A stretch of DNA of 63,491 bases, filler included, from Octopus bimaculoides (GCF_001194135.2; 4 parts of 4 records of this genome joined end to end with filler, not necessarily neighbours in it), one strand, 5' to 3'. Numbered from the whole stretch's first letter, positions 37,232 to 50,809 are shown. Translations and numbers: made by a program. The notes: generated by a model not told the origin, from the letters alone.

Positions 37232-37734
37232 GTACGAGAGTTAACTGTATATATATCTGCATATTGTCTCCATATCATTTGATCTCAATATTGGACCTGT
37301 AATCTTGGTTTGATCAAGACCTTGTAGGTTCAATTTTGTAGATAGAAAAATATATACCCAACTGAATGATGGGATCACTCAAATATACAGGACAATACTC
37401 ACCAATGCTTTAAGATCTTAGATTTTGAGCCACAATTATTAGAGCATTTGACAAAAAGGACTTTGCAATAACTTTTCTAAACCTTAATGCTTTGAGTTTA
37501 AATCATATGAAAGTGGTCTTTATCTGCCATCCCTCTGGGACCAATGAAATAAAGTAGCAATCAAAAACTGGAGTCAATGTCATCAAGTAAATATTCTCCT
37601 CAAAATTGTTTGCCTTGTACCTAAATCAGAAAACATTATAATTATTATCCTGTGTTTCAGTAAAGACAGTAAGGCTGAATTATATAACTATATAAACCTA
37701 GCCTGACATAAAAATTACATGCTCACTTCGTCAG

Positions 37735-37778
<44 letters not shown>

Positions 37779-40680
37779 GTTTATATATTCCCAATATTCA
37801 TTGCAATACTATATTTCAATCAGTTTAATGTGTCTTATTGCTGGATATACACATACTACATAGAGTCATGTCTGCCTAGACTCTGTCACTTCTAAAGTTA
37901 TCCTATTGGCCACTGATACATGATAAATGCTTCAGTTCATCTGAAAACATTTTAATTCTGGCCATGCTGGAGTACAATATGCAGATTTTTAATTTCTAGA
38001 CATATACCGTGTGATTCTAATCTCTCATTTGTTTCTAATAACAAAATTTATACCTCTAAAATACATATTAACCTGTTTTTTTCCCCCTTTTTAATTATTT
38101 ATGTATTTTGAATATAATTCTCTTTTCTTCAATTATTATTTTCCCATTTCAATAATTTTTTAAATTTCAAAATTGTATTTTTATATATAAAAAGAACAAG
38201 AATATATACATATATTTAGAAACTGTAAGATCTATATGCACTTTGCCCTTTCACAATCGTCTACTTATTAGACAGGTGTTCTCTTAGACCTGGAAATTAA
38301 TACAAACCCAATAAAGGTAAAGAATAAATTTCCAGCGCTGAAGTATGTTTATATTAACAAAAGAAACTCTATGAATGCCATTATGTATGTCAAATGTTGG
38401 TTATCCTGTTTATGTACATAGGTAGCCAGCCATCTCTGTGAGTAAATAGCCAGCAAACCACACATATCTATGATTTTAAAAAAAAGGAAATTATCCTGCA
38501 CAAATCATCTCCCTTATCCAGATTGCTTAAATGTGATAACAGCTCCTTAATTTTTTCTACCACAACTTACAGTTTCTATAACAAATACATATATGCATAT
38601 ATATATATACATACATACATATANNNNNNNNNNNNNNNNNNNNNNNNNNNNNNNNNNNNNNNNNNNNNNNNNNNNNNNNNNNNNNNNNNNNNNNNNNNNN
38701 NNNNNNNNNNNNNNNNNNNNNNNNNNNNNNNNNNNNNNNNNNNNNNNNNNNNNNNNNNNNNNNNNNNNNNNNNNNNNNNNNNNNNNNNNNNNNNNNNNNN
38801 NNNNNNNNNNNNNNNNNNNNNNNNNNNNNNNNNNNNNNNNNNNNNNNNNNNNNNNNNNNNNNNNNNNNNNNNNNNNNNNNNNNNNNNNNNNNNNNNNNNN
38901 NNNNNNNNNNNNNNNNNNGTGTGTGTGTTTGTGTGTATGTATGTATGTATGTATATATATATGTATATTCTTGTTGCTCTTCATATGTATTGTATCTTTA
39001 TTATTATGTATGCTATGTTGTAATATTTTATTTCATTGAATACATTGTATATATTAATGTATGTATATATATTTATGTGTGTCTATGTGTTGTATATACA
39101 CATACACATGTACACACTTGGATTTATGCGCTGTACAGCAGAAACACCTAAACCACATGCCTAATTGTCTGTACTTCCTCTGATAAATAATAGCAATTGG
39201 CCTATACATTCTACGGGCCTATCAATCTGTCTGGTTACTTCAAGTTTCATAATATCTGGTTTTAACACTGAATATCAATCATCAAACATATATGAGATGC
39301 ATATCAAATGAAAAATTTATTTCTTTATTAATCTTTAAGACAAACTGAAAACTGTGGTTTAGTGCTTTTCAGCTTCCATTTGAAATTAGACTAGGAATAT
39401 TGTATTCAATCATTTTCTTTTGGATTCTATTGTGATGAGCAATTATTTCTATTTAGAAATGCAGTAATTTCACATGATAGTCATATTATTTGTAATATTA
39501 GTATTAAATTTGTCATTTGACATTTTGTTATATTCTATGTATATTTATTTTTGTATTTTGGAAGTTTTGTTGTTTTTGTCATTGTTGTTGTTATTGTTGT
39601 GATTGTTTTTTGTTGTTGTAGCTGTGTTTGTCATCGTTACAATGGAAAACCAAAATTAAAACCAAAACACTGTATATACCCAAGTACACAGACACATGTT
39701 CAGCTGTGCAATGAAATCATGCAATAACATTAAGACTACCAAATTAATAATAATAATAATAATAATAATAATTATAATAATTATAATAAAATTTTGCATT
39801 CTGCAGGCAGAACAAATACACTGATACTTCCCTTGATGCACACACACACACACACACACAAAGATATATATATATATATATGGATATATATATATATATA
39901 TATTCTGTCAGTTCACAATCTTGAAACAAGTGAACAAAATGCCTTCATTTGAAAGCAATAGAAAATGTCTGTAGTGGCCACTTTCAGCAGTGTTATAAGG
40001 GGCAGTGTTATATCTATGGAATCATTCAAGCATTCACATTATGTGCATAGCTGATACTCCTAGGTAGGGAGTTAAGGTTTCTTAACATCAGAAAACATAT
40101 TAGGAGGGTATTGGGAAATATCACAAGTAATGGTGTAATTAACATAAGGGGTGGGGTAAATATAATTGAATAGAAAATAGCTAATCTAACTGCTCAACAA
40201 CTAACTGAAATACTAATGCTTATTAATGCATGTTTATAAGGGTTGAGGTCAGTTATGGGCATAATTCTTGTGAATGGAAGGCTGACATTGATATTAATAC
40301 AAAACAACATTTGAAGATGGCCATAAGTGCATCAACAGTTTAGGTCTTTTGCCCAGACATTTCTATTTTGTAGGGATATTTCTCCCTACATATGGAGATT
40401 ATTCTTAGCTATGAATTCACAAAGTAAAATAGAAAACTATCTCCACAGCTCATATATATATATATATATATATATANNNNNNNNNNNNNNNNNNNNNNNN
40501 NNNNNNNNNNNNNNNNNNNNNNNNNNNNNNNNNNNNNNNNNNNNNNNNNNNNNNNNNNNNNNNNNNNNNNNNNNNNNNNNNNNNNNNNNNNNNNNNNNNN
40601 NNNNNNNNNNNNNNNNNNNNNNNNNNNNNNNNNNNNNNNNNNNNNNNNNNNNNNNNNNNNNNNNNNNNNNNNNNNNNNNN

Positions 40681-40718
<38 letters not shown>

Positions 40719-41441
40719 TATGAATAGTAGTAGTGATTTCAGAGTTTTGCCAAAGAAGACTCTTCATACATGCATAAATATATATTAAGATACAAAATGT
40801 TTGTACTGTGATGTTTGACTATAAATGTATGTGAATATATGTATATATGAATATATGTATCTATAATTATGTACCGTGCTTGTCATTAGAATTGTATATT
40901 TATTTATACTCAGAGTTAACTGTGTAATCTTTCTTTATATGTTTGTCTTAGTTGTTATTATTCATTTTATTTTTTTGCTTTATTACAATCTTTAAAAATT
41001 CACTTGTACAAATTTTCACATTTTTTCTTTGCTTTCTTTTATCATTCTTTCTCTGCCTGCCTTTCTCTCACTATCTTTCTCCCTGTCTCCTTCAAAAATT
41101 CCCCAACACAAAAATTTTTCTAAACAAAATTCCTTATCTTATTTTTTAAAAAAATCTTTTATTCAACATCAACAAATGAAATCAATTCCAACTCGTTTCA
41201 TCTAAAACTCAAAACTTATCAAATGTACAAAATATTTACTCCTCTTTAAACTTCCTTAAAAAATAACAACACAAAACTTTAAAATAAAATAATAATAATG
41301 ATAAAAATTATAATAATAATGATAACAATAAACTAAACTAAAATTAAAACCAACAAAACAAAATTATTACTCAACCGCTCAAAAAACTCCTCTTTCAATC
41401 TATCTGAAAAACCCCAAACCTTCCCATTCACAAAATTCTAG

Positions 41442-41549
41442 AAAGACGAAAAGAAGGGTACCCTTGAGGATCAGATTGTCCAGTGTAACCCAGTACTGGA
41501 GGCATATGGTAATGCCAAAACTACCCGTAACAACAACTCTTCCCGCTTC
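41442..41549 (+). CDS. Mhc: Myosin heavy chain switch-I exon, variant a (36 aa): [36 protein letters not shown]
   Basis: Acceptor ttctAG at 41440-41441 and donor GTAAGT at 41550. 108 nt, phase 0/0, with the myosin NNNSSRF switch-I motif. Confidence 0.96.
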
Positions 41550-41630
41550 GTAAGTACACAGTGATTGTGGTCCACCCAAGTGGATATGCCACACTAGCAA
41601 ACTGAAACTAATATGCAAGAAAAAAGAAGA

Positions 41631-41632
<2 letters not shown>

Positions 41633-41693
<61 letters not shown>

Positions 41694-41917
41694 TAATAAT
41701 AAATAATAATAATGATGGCGATGATGACAACAATGATAATAATAATAAGAAGAAGAATAACAACAATAATAATTAATTAATTAATTAATAATAATAATAA
41801 TCATAATAATAATAATAATAATAATAATAACCACAACAAATACAGCTGCCAAGACAATAACTCTGACCTTTTCCTATAATAATAACTCCCTCCTACAACA
41901 ACAACTATATCACCTCC

Positions 41918-41961
<44 letters not shown>

Positions 41962-42068
41962 TAATATTAATAATAATAAGGATGGTGATAATAACAAAAA
42001 TATTAATAATAATAATGATGATGATGGTAATAATACCAATAATAATAATAATAGTAATAATAATATTG

Positions 42069-42123
<55 letters not shown>

Positions 42124-42231
42124 CCACAGTGAGTACTACTACCATGAAAATAACTCCATTTCTCAATAATAACTCCACTTTTCAACAGCAATAATAACAA
42201 TAATACTGCCTCTATCAATAATAATAATAAT

Positions 42232-42279
<48 letters not shown>

Positions 42280-42384
42280 CACAACTGTGGATGGTAACCA
42301 CAGTTATATCTCTCAACTCAAAAATCTGAACCTCATAACATGTATCTACCCACAAACTGTGTTAACCAACCAAACAACAACAGC

Positions 42385-42416
<32 letters not shown>

Positions 42417-42425
42417 CAACTACTA
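41633..42425. repeat. Long compound (AAT)n/(AAC)n array between switch-I exons a and b
   Basis: Direct reading. Confidence 0.9.
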
Positions 42426-42500
42426 CTACTACTACAAACAGCAAATTGTATGATAAACTAATAATTCTCTATCAAAAGTAACCACTTTTTTTAAAACTAC

Positions 42501-42531
<31 letters not shown>

Positions 42532-43253
42532 CAACATACACACACATATGCATATTCTCTTTTAAAACTCTCTTCAAAACTGACAAAATATAAAATACCT
42601 GTAATTTATAACACTGCTAATATATTTGTGAAAGCATTACATGCATGTATGTATGCATACATGCAGGAACATGCATATATATTAGATATAGATGCAACAA
42701 TGTACTTGCAACTATTACATTTAATCAGAGACCATCTCTGACATTAAAAGCATGAAAAGACAAAGATAATATTAAGATTATGCAGAGTGTTAATTTACAC
42801 TCTTTTTCTTGCATCACTTGGAAAATATGAAGATAAGGAAACATGAACAATTATTAGTCATTTTCCAAGTTTATATTCTTGTTAAAGTTTACCATTTTAT
42901 ACATTTTTTATTACTTTATGAATTATATTACATATGTTTATCTCCTATATTCAGCCAGTGAAGATGTCACTCTCAAATTTGTCACTGAAAGATGACAAAG
43001 ATAGCTTTTGTAACTCAAGACTACATATATATACATTATATATATAAAAATACACGCACACACACCCACATATACACACACACGTTTCTGTGTATGTGTG
43101 ATAGTTGTAGTAGTAATAGCTATGTTCATCTATATTAAAATATAATTAGTGGTACACAGGGTATGAGAACACATGAAAAGGTATGATTCTTTTTGCATCT
43201 AAGATACATCAACTGAAAATAAATAATAATAACAAAAAATAATAAAATTAATG

Positions 43254-43311
<58 letters not shown>

Positions 43312-43332
43312 TTTCTTACAGATAACCTTGTA

Positions 43333-43371
<39 letters not shown>

Positions 43372-43710
43372 TGTGTGTCACTCACCTACCCCTCTCCCAT
43401 TCAACCTTATTTCCTTCTCTCTCTATCTTCCTCTCATTCCAATCCTTTTTATCAATCTCACTCTCTATTTCACTGTGTTATCAAATAAAAGAATGTTATC
43501 TCTATACATTGTCTAACCAAAATTTTCTCCTTTCTTTTCTTTCATTCTCTCTTTACACCCATCCCCTCCCTAATTTATTTCCTCTTTGGTGTTCCATAAA
43601 AATATTTTTTTAAACTATATCTTATGAAACCCTAAACTCTTAATACCAATATCAACAAATCTAAATACTAAAATAACTCACCCTCCAAAACTGTAATAAC
43701 CGAAATGTAG

Positions 43711-43803
43711 ACATCCTTGGAAGACCAAATTGTCCAAGCTAACCCAGTATTGGAAGCCTACGGAAACGCCAAGACTGTCCGTAATAACAACTCATCTAGA
43801 TTC
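43711..43803 (+). CDS. Mhc: Myosin heavy chain switch-I exon, variant b (31 aa): [31 protein letters not shown]
   Basis: Acceptor aatgtAG and donor GTAAGT at 43804. 93 nt, phase 0/0, intact frame. Confidence 0.96.
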
Positions 43804-44019
43804 GTAAGTACTTGACCAAAATCGTGGGCTAATGTCCTCAAAAAAAAAAAAAAGAAAAAAGAAAGAAATGGTGAATCATCTGCTCTTTTGAATTTTTTTT
43901 CTTGACAAACATGATTTGACCAATCAAGAAGTACTTGAAGTCAAAAACTTTGCAGATGAGAAATATTGGATAAAAATATTCAATAAATGAAAATATATAT
44001 ATAAATATTATGTTTGTGT

Positions 44020-44050
<31 letters not shown>

Positions 44051-44198
44051 TATATATATACATATATATATATATGTGTGTGTGTGCATGTATGTGGGTG
44101 TGTGTTTGTGTATATACATATATTTATGTATATATTTACAGAGGACCAAATGATAGACACAACTAAATAACAAAAATAATATTAGTAATAGTATTAAC

Positions 44199-44251
<53 letters not shown>

Positions 44252-45492
44252 TAATAATAACAATGATCATAACAATAATAATAACAAAAAATTAACAAAC
44301 AATAATAATAACAATAATAACAATAACAATTAAATACTAGCAAATCATCAATTTTTTAACCTGCCAAACTATTTTTTTCCCATTTATCTTTGTCTTCCTG
44401 TCATTTACGTGAAAAAAAACCCCCAAAATTTTTCATCCAATAATCTCTACATTAATCTAACCATTCTCTTTTCCTTTCTCTTTAGATCCTTTCTAGCCTA
44501 AACATATATATATATATATATATANNNNNNNNNNNNNNNNNNNNNNNNNNNNNNNNNNNNNNNNNNNNNNNNNNNNNNNNNNNNNNNNNNNNNNNNNNNN
44601 NNNNNNNNNNNNNNNNNNNNNNNNNNNNNNNNNNNNNNNNNNNNNNNNNNNNNNNNNNNNNNNNNNNNNNNNNNNNNNNNNNNNNNNNNNNNNNNNNNNN
44701 NNNNNNNNNNNNNNNNNNNNNNNNNNNNNNNNNNNNNNNNNNNNNNNNNNNNNNNNNNNNNNNNNNNNNNNNNNNNNNNNNNNNNNNNNNNNNNNNNNNN
44801 NNNNNNNNNNNNNNNNNNNNNNNNNNNNNNNNNNNNNNNNNNNNNNNNNNNNNNNNNNNNNNNNNNNNNNNNNNNNNNNNNNNNNNNNNNNNNNNNNNNN
44901 NNNNNNNNNNNNNNNNNNNNNNNNNNNNNNNNNNNNNNNNNNNNNNNNNNNNNNNNNNNNNNNNNNNNNNNNNNNNNNNNNNNNNNNNNNNNNNNNNNNN
45001 NNNNNNNNNNNNNNNNNNNNNNNNNNNNNNNNNNNNNNNNNNNNNNNNNNNNNNNNNNNNNNNNNNNNNNNNNNNNNNNNNNNNNNNNNNNNNNNNNNNN
45101 NNNNNNNNNNNNNNNNNNNNNNNNNNNNNNNNNNNNNNNNNNNNNNNNAATGATACAAATTCATATTTCTCTAAATAGTCATGTGACATGTTTCGAAGAG
45201 CTTCACTGAAAAGGAATAGCAATGCTCATTCCATAACCTCTACCCACCTTAGAAAAAAAAATCCCTTCAATCTCCTTAGATTTTCTGCTCCACAGATATT
45301 ACTGATGGCTGAACAGCACTTTTTTTTAACTAAATATTTTCCATTATAATTTTTCCCTGTCTAACATATTCTTCTCTTTTTCGTGTGATTTCCAAACCTT
45401 CACAAAAAAATTACCCTTCAAAAAACATCTTCCTTCGTAACTGATGAACCCTACAAAACTTACACACAAAACAATAACCGTCTACAAAACAG

Positions 45493-45585
45493 GGTTCTCT
45501 TGAGGACCAGATCATCCAAGCTAACCCGGTATTAGAGGCATATGGCAATGCCAAAACTGTCCGTAATAACAACTCGTCCAGATTT
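45493..45585 (+). CDS. Mhc: Myosin heavy chain switch-I exon, variant c (31 aa): [31 protein letters not shown]
   Basis: Acceptor aaacAG and donor GTAAGT at 45586. 93 nt, phase 0/0, intact frame. Confidence 0.95.
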
Positions 45586-45745
45586 GTAAGTATAACAAAG
45601 GAAAATGAAAAAATATAACAATGTCTTGTAAAAAAAATGATTGAGTTTTTTGTAACTGAAATCTATGGCCAGGTAACATGGACTTATTAAAACCCACTTT
45701 ACCCTTGCAAAAACCATAATATTGTCTAATTTTCTTACTGAAAAA

Positions 45746-45783
<38 letters not shown>

Positions 45784-45996
45784 ACTCACACACACATGAT
45801 ATTGATTTTTAACTATTTCTTATCAATATGTCAATCTATCAGTCAATCTGTTCTTTTATTCATTGTATCTTTTCTAATTGCTGGATCTGTAAGAAGGGGT
45901 AGGATCCATGGTCTTTTCAGCCCCTTCTGAACCAGTGAGACTGATGTCTATAATGTTTAGTTAATGATTCTTATCTATTTATCTCTCTATCTATCC

Positions 45997-46063
<67 letters not shown>

Positions 46064-48765
46064 CATCTATCTATCTATCTATCTTTCTAACTGTCTTTCT
46101 TTCTCTCTCTTTTGCTTTCTGTATTGATACATACACACACACACACACACACACACATAAATGCATAATCTTATAACTCCTGGATTTATACTCTTCTTAT
46201 CTCTCTAATATGATTCAAACAAGAAAGTAGTCTAAAAACCTTTTTAAAATCTAACACCAAAATAATACCCATTAACATAATATTTTAGTAAAGACTTATA
46301 GTCACTGTAGGAAATAATACCTGATTGTTTGAGATAATATCAAATAACAGCTATCAACAAGGAAGCCATTTCTTTAACCAAATAACTATGCCTGTTCCCA
46401 TTTAAGAAATATAAAGAAGACTTTTATCATTTCTAAATCAACATAAGAAGACATTTCATTTTGTCATCTTCTGAGTCCAATCGTTTGAAATACTGAATAG
46501 ATGAAAGTTGCCCAACTCCATCAAATTTCTGTTTCTCTGCTATTTTGGCATTCCATGACATAGCCTGAACAGAGGTGTTGTGCCTCATATTTATTATTAT
46601 ATATCTATAGCAAAATGGCTGCAGTCTTTAAATTCAGAATTCATTTGTGGATATCGTTTTCCACCAAAATATAACACACACACACACACACACACATATG
46701 CATGCAATTGGCATTCTGAATGGGGAAAAGAGACAGACAGAAAAAAGACATTAAAATGGAAGGGGAGGAGTGAGGATGGTTGGTGGTTTAGTTTATGGGA
46801 CTGACAGTTGTTTAAGTTATGCATGCATGCATATATCCATATAACAATGACCATTAAGATACAGACAGGTGGCAGGTTAGAATGTAGTCAAACATTCAGA
46901 ACTGTCATTGTATGCATATATACAATGTGCGCACATGCACACGCACACACACACACACAGCATGGAAGACAATCATAAATGAATTCTGTAATTAGTATTC
47001 CTTTAGCAGTTTTGGTATCATAGGATAGTAATGGTGCCACATTGAGATTTGAACCAGGCAACACAAAGGTTTTAATGAGAACAATCTGTCTTGCTGCATT
47101 AGCCATAAACACTAGTGGTTCTACAAATTGCATCTACCTGAGACAGCAAAGTGGCTTATATGTGGCTGCTCATATATATATATAGCAACTAAATTTCCTT
47201 GAAATCAATGTGTGCCATACTGAAAAACTCAGGAAAACATTTGATAATGCAGCCCGAGACACAAAATGCCTAAAATAAATATAAGCTGGTCAAAGCTTTG
47301 TATATAGATCTGTTTGACCAGAATTGAACTGGTGTTAAACAACAATAACTATAGCCACTACTAGATAATATAACCCCAGATATACTGTTTGAATAAGAGA
47401 TAAGGTGGTCAGCTGCAGCTGGAATGCTTTTTATCTTTTATTTAATCAAAATATTAGTAACAAAAGCAATAACAAATATTAAACTATTCAACAGACATTT
47501 AGAAGATGATGAAAATAAAAATAGTATCTGTAAGCAAGCAAAGCAACTCCCCAAATGATACTTTATGTAACATGTTATAACAAAGGAAAAAAGTTCTCAA
47601 CAACTCTAGTTAATGTTTTAAAAACTACACTGAAATTCATAATAATTAACAATTTTTATTAACAATGATTAAATATAAACTAACCATAATAATAACCGTA
47701 TTTCACTCCCCCTTCAAAAGATGAGTTTTTAATATATAAGTATTGAAATGTGTTTAAATCTTAAAGTATGCACTGTAACTACTATGAAGCAAGAAGTAAT
47801 TCAGCTGTAAATTTGTATTTTCTCTAGTGGCATTTACGTATAAATATATACACCCAAACGTATATACATACATATATATGCATATGTATTTATGTATATA
47901 TGTATAGATAGATATAGGAATAAATTTCACAGATATGAATTATGCTTATTATTACTCCAACTTATGTACATTTATATTTTCTCATCTCTGATTCAAATGA
48001 TTATGTTGAAGTTTCCACTGTGCTGAAGAAGCCTAACAAGAAATATGCCTTCAACATGTATACATGGTCTACTACACTTGTTGGGAAGGCTTAAAACCAG
48101 ATAAATGAATACTTTATAGCTAGTTGTATTTATCTTTCAATGCTTACAATGTTAAATATGTTAAAACTAACTTAACTATCTTTAAAAAAAAAACTTTTTT
48201 ATTATCAAATTTATAATGTAACACAGTGTTGATATGTTTCAGTAAATTTCTGAACATAATGACGAATTTTAAAAAATTTAATAAAACACCAAACGTCAGT
48301 CATAATTAATCAGGCTGTTTGCAAAAATAACTGAACAAAACAATATTCTTTCATAAAATTCAGGTAGAATGTAATTAAATAATCAAAATACTTTAAACAT
48401 TAGAGATTTCTTGTTATCATAAGGCAGATTAGTGCTAAACAAGGTAAATTCCTTCTCAGCCACAATCTTAATAAATAACAATAACAATTTATAGCAAATA
48501 ATAAATAACCACAGTAGACACCTTTTATCTAACTTGCATGCTACACTTTACCTTCCCACAAAGACCTTCACTACTTAATCACGTAATTTGTATCTTTTAA
48601 CATTTTATTTTTGTGTTTTTTCTTTGAAAACGTATATATTTGTATATATATACGTATACATGGCCAAAGATTTTGATTACAAAGAGCTCTTGAAAAATGT
48701 ATCTTTTCGTTTTTTTACAAACAATAAAACTTGATTGATATATGTTAAGAAACATATATCATACT

Positions 48766-48820
<55 letters not shown>

Positions 48821-50809
48821 NNNNNNNNNNNNNNNNNNNNNNNNNNNNNNNNNNNNNNNNNNNNNNNNNNNNNNNNNNNNNNNNNNNNNNNNNNNNNNNN
48901 NNNNNNNNNNNNNNNNNNNNNNNNNNNNNNNNNNNNNNNNNNNNNNNNNNNNNNNNNNNNNNNNNNNNNNNNNNNNNNNNNNNNNNNNNNNNNNNNNNNN
49001 NNNNNNNNNNNNNNNNNNNNNNNNNNNNNNNNNNNNNNNNNNNNNNNNNNNNNNNNNNNNNNNNNNNNNNNNNNNNNNNNNNNNNNNNNNNNNNNNNNNN
49101 NNNNNNNNNNNNNNNNNNNNNNNNNNNNNNNNNNNNNNNNNNNNNNNNNNNNNNNNNNNNNNNNNNNNNNNNNNNNNNNNNNNNNNNNNNNNNNNNNNNN
49201 NNNNNNNNNNNNNNNNNNNNNNNNNNNNNNNNNNNNNNNNNNNNNNNNNNNNNNNNNNNNNNNNNNNNNNNNNNNNNNNNNNNNNNNNNNNNNNNNNNNN
49301 NNNNNNNNNNNNNNNNNNNNNNNNNNNNNNNNNNNNNNNNNNNNNNNNNNNNNNNNNNNNNNNNNNNNNNNNNNNNNNNNNNNNNNNNNNNNNNNNNNNN
49401 NNNNNNNNNNNNNNNNNNNNNNNNNNNNNNNNTATATATATCTGTAAACTATATATTTAATATTATTAATTAGTCTTTTAGGTAATTCCAAGACTTGGTA
49501 ATAAACCTGTTTTTTTACATTAAAAAATCATCAGACCCAATGTTTTAAATATCCTGCCTACTCCCTAATGTAAAATCATTCATCAGCAACAACGTCAAAC
49601 AATAACAATATTAATATTAATATTAATAATAATATACCAATAATTATAATAACAGTAATAAAAAATATAAAAATGATGATGATGATGATTTAACAAAAAT
49701 TTCCTCGAATTGTACAAATCAACCTCATCTGTTTTATTTTGAATTTCACATATAAAGTACAATTAATTAACTAATCAAAAGTAATAACCTAAATGACCAA
49801 ATAATTACTAAGATTTATCGAGAAATTAACAGACTGAAAAACAATGAATAATGATTTTAAAAAATGAATTACTGGTTAATACATAATATGTATATATATA
49901 TTTACATGCATATATGTGATATATACTCAAATATATTTATATATATATATGTATTATATATATATTAATTAGTAATTAATTAACTTCCCCTCCCACTTTG
50001 AATTTTTCTTATTGAGACCTTGATAACGATGGTAAATTGTTATCAAACATATTGAACAAAAAAATCAAATCACATTTGACTGAATATCTTTAATAAATGT
50101 TTTGAAAAAATATTTATTTAAATATTTTTTCAAATACTTAATATTAAAATAAAATAGATTAACTCATTTAAATTAACCAATCAAATGAAAATATTAATCA
50201 ACACTTGATTTTTATTACAAATAAATTAACTAATTCATGAAAAAATAATTTTTCTATATTAAATGAAAATATTTATTAAACAAATGAATTAACATCTTAC
50301 TGTAATATTTTTTAATTAATCAATTTGATGAAAATTATTTTAGAAAATAGATTAACATTTTATTTAGTAATGTTTTTTTATTAAATTAACCAATTAGATA
50401 CAAATAAACCATTTTTTATGAATTAACAATTGATGTAATATTTAATGATTAACCAACTAGATTATATAATATAAAAATATAAATTAACATTTTATTTAAT
50501 TTTTTAAACTACTTAACTAATTAGACGAATATATTTTTTTCTAAATTAAAATATAAATATAAATAAATAGTACAAGAAAATATAGGCACCTACATGAAGA
50601 ATGATTGTTGGTTTTTAACTGACAACCAAAGCCATATATTTGTATAGGCTTGTGGGTTAGTGTGGGAGAGAGGGAAAACATTTGATTTGATTGACACCAC
50701 TCTTTTACTGGTAAGAATGCATTTTACAGAACCTGAAATAGTGAAGGTAAAAAAAATTAGAACATATTCTGTTTTTTTTTTTCCTGTTTCTGATCTATTA
50801 TGAGACTCA

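Noticed and set aside
39642-39659. ATG GAA AAC CAA AAT TAA (MENQN*), echoing MENQN at 7396
   Set aside because: It is a five-codon match with an immediate stop and no flanking similarity, so probably chance.
41517-41519. Possible A-to-I recoding of the NAK lysine codon (AAA) in variant a
   Set aside because: Editing cannot be inferred from genomic sequence alone; it needs an RNA-versus-DNA comparison.
41442-45585. Possibility that the three switch-I exons are assembly duplicates or pseudo-exons
   Set aside because: They differ at many synonymous sites, have unrelated flanking introns, and keep intact frames and splice sites.
46888-47133. 81-aa minus-strand ORF with natural-looking composition
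   Set aside because: It has no recognisable domain, ends in a TG repeat and has no splice support.
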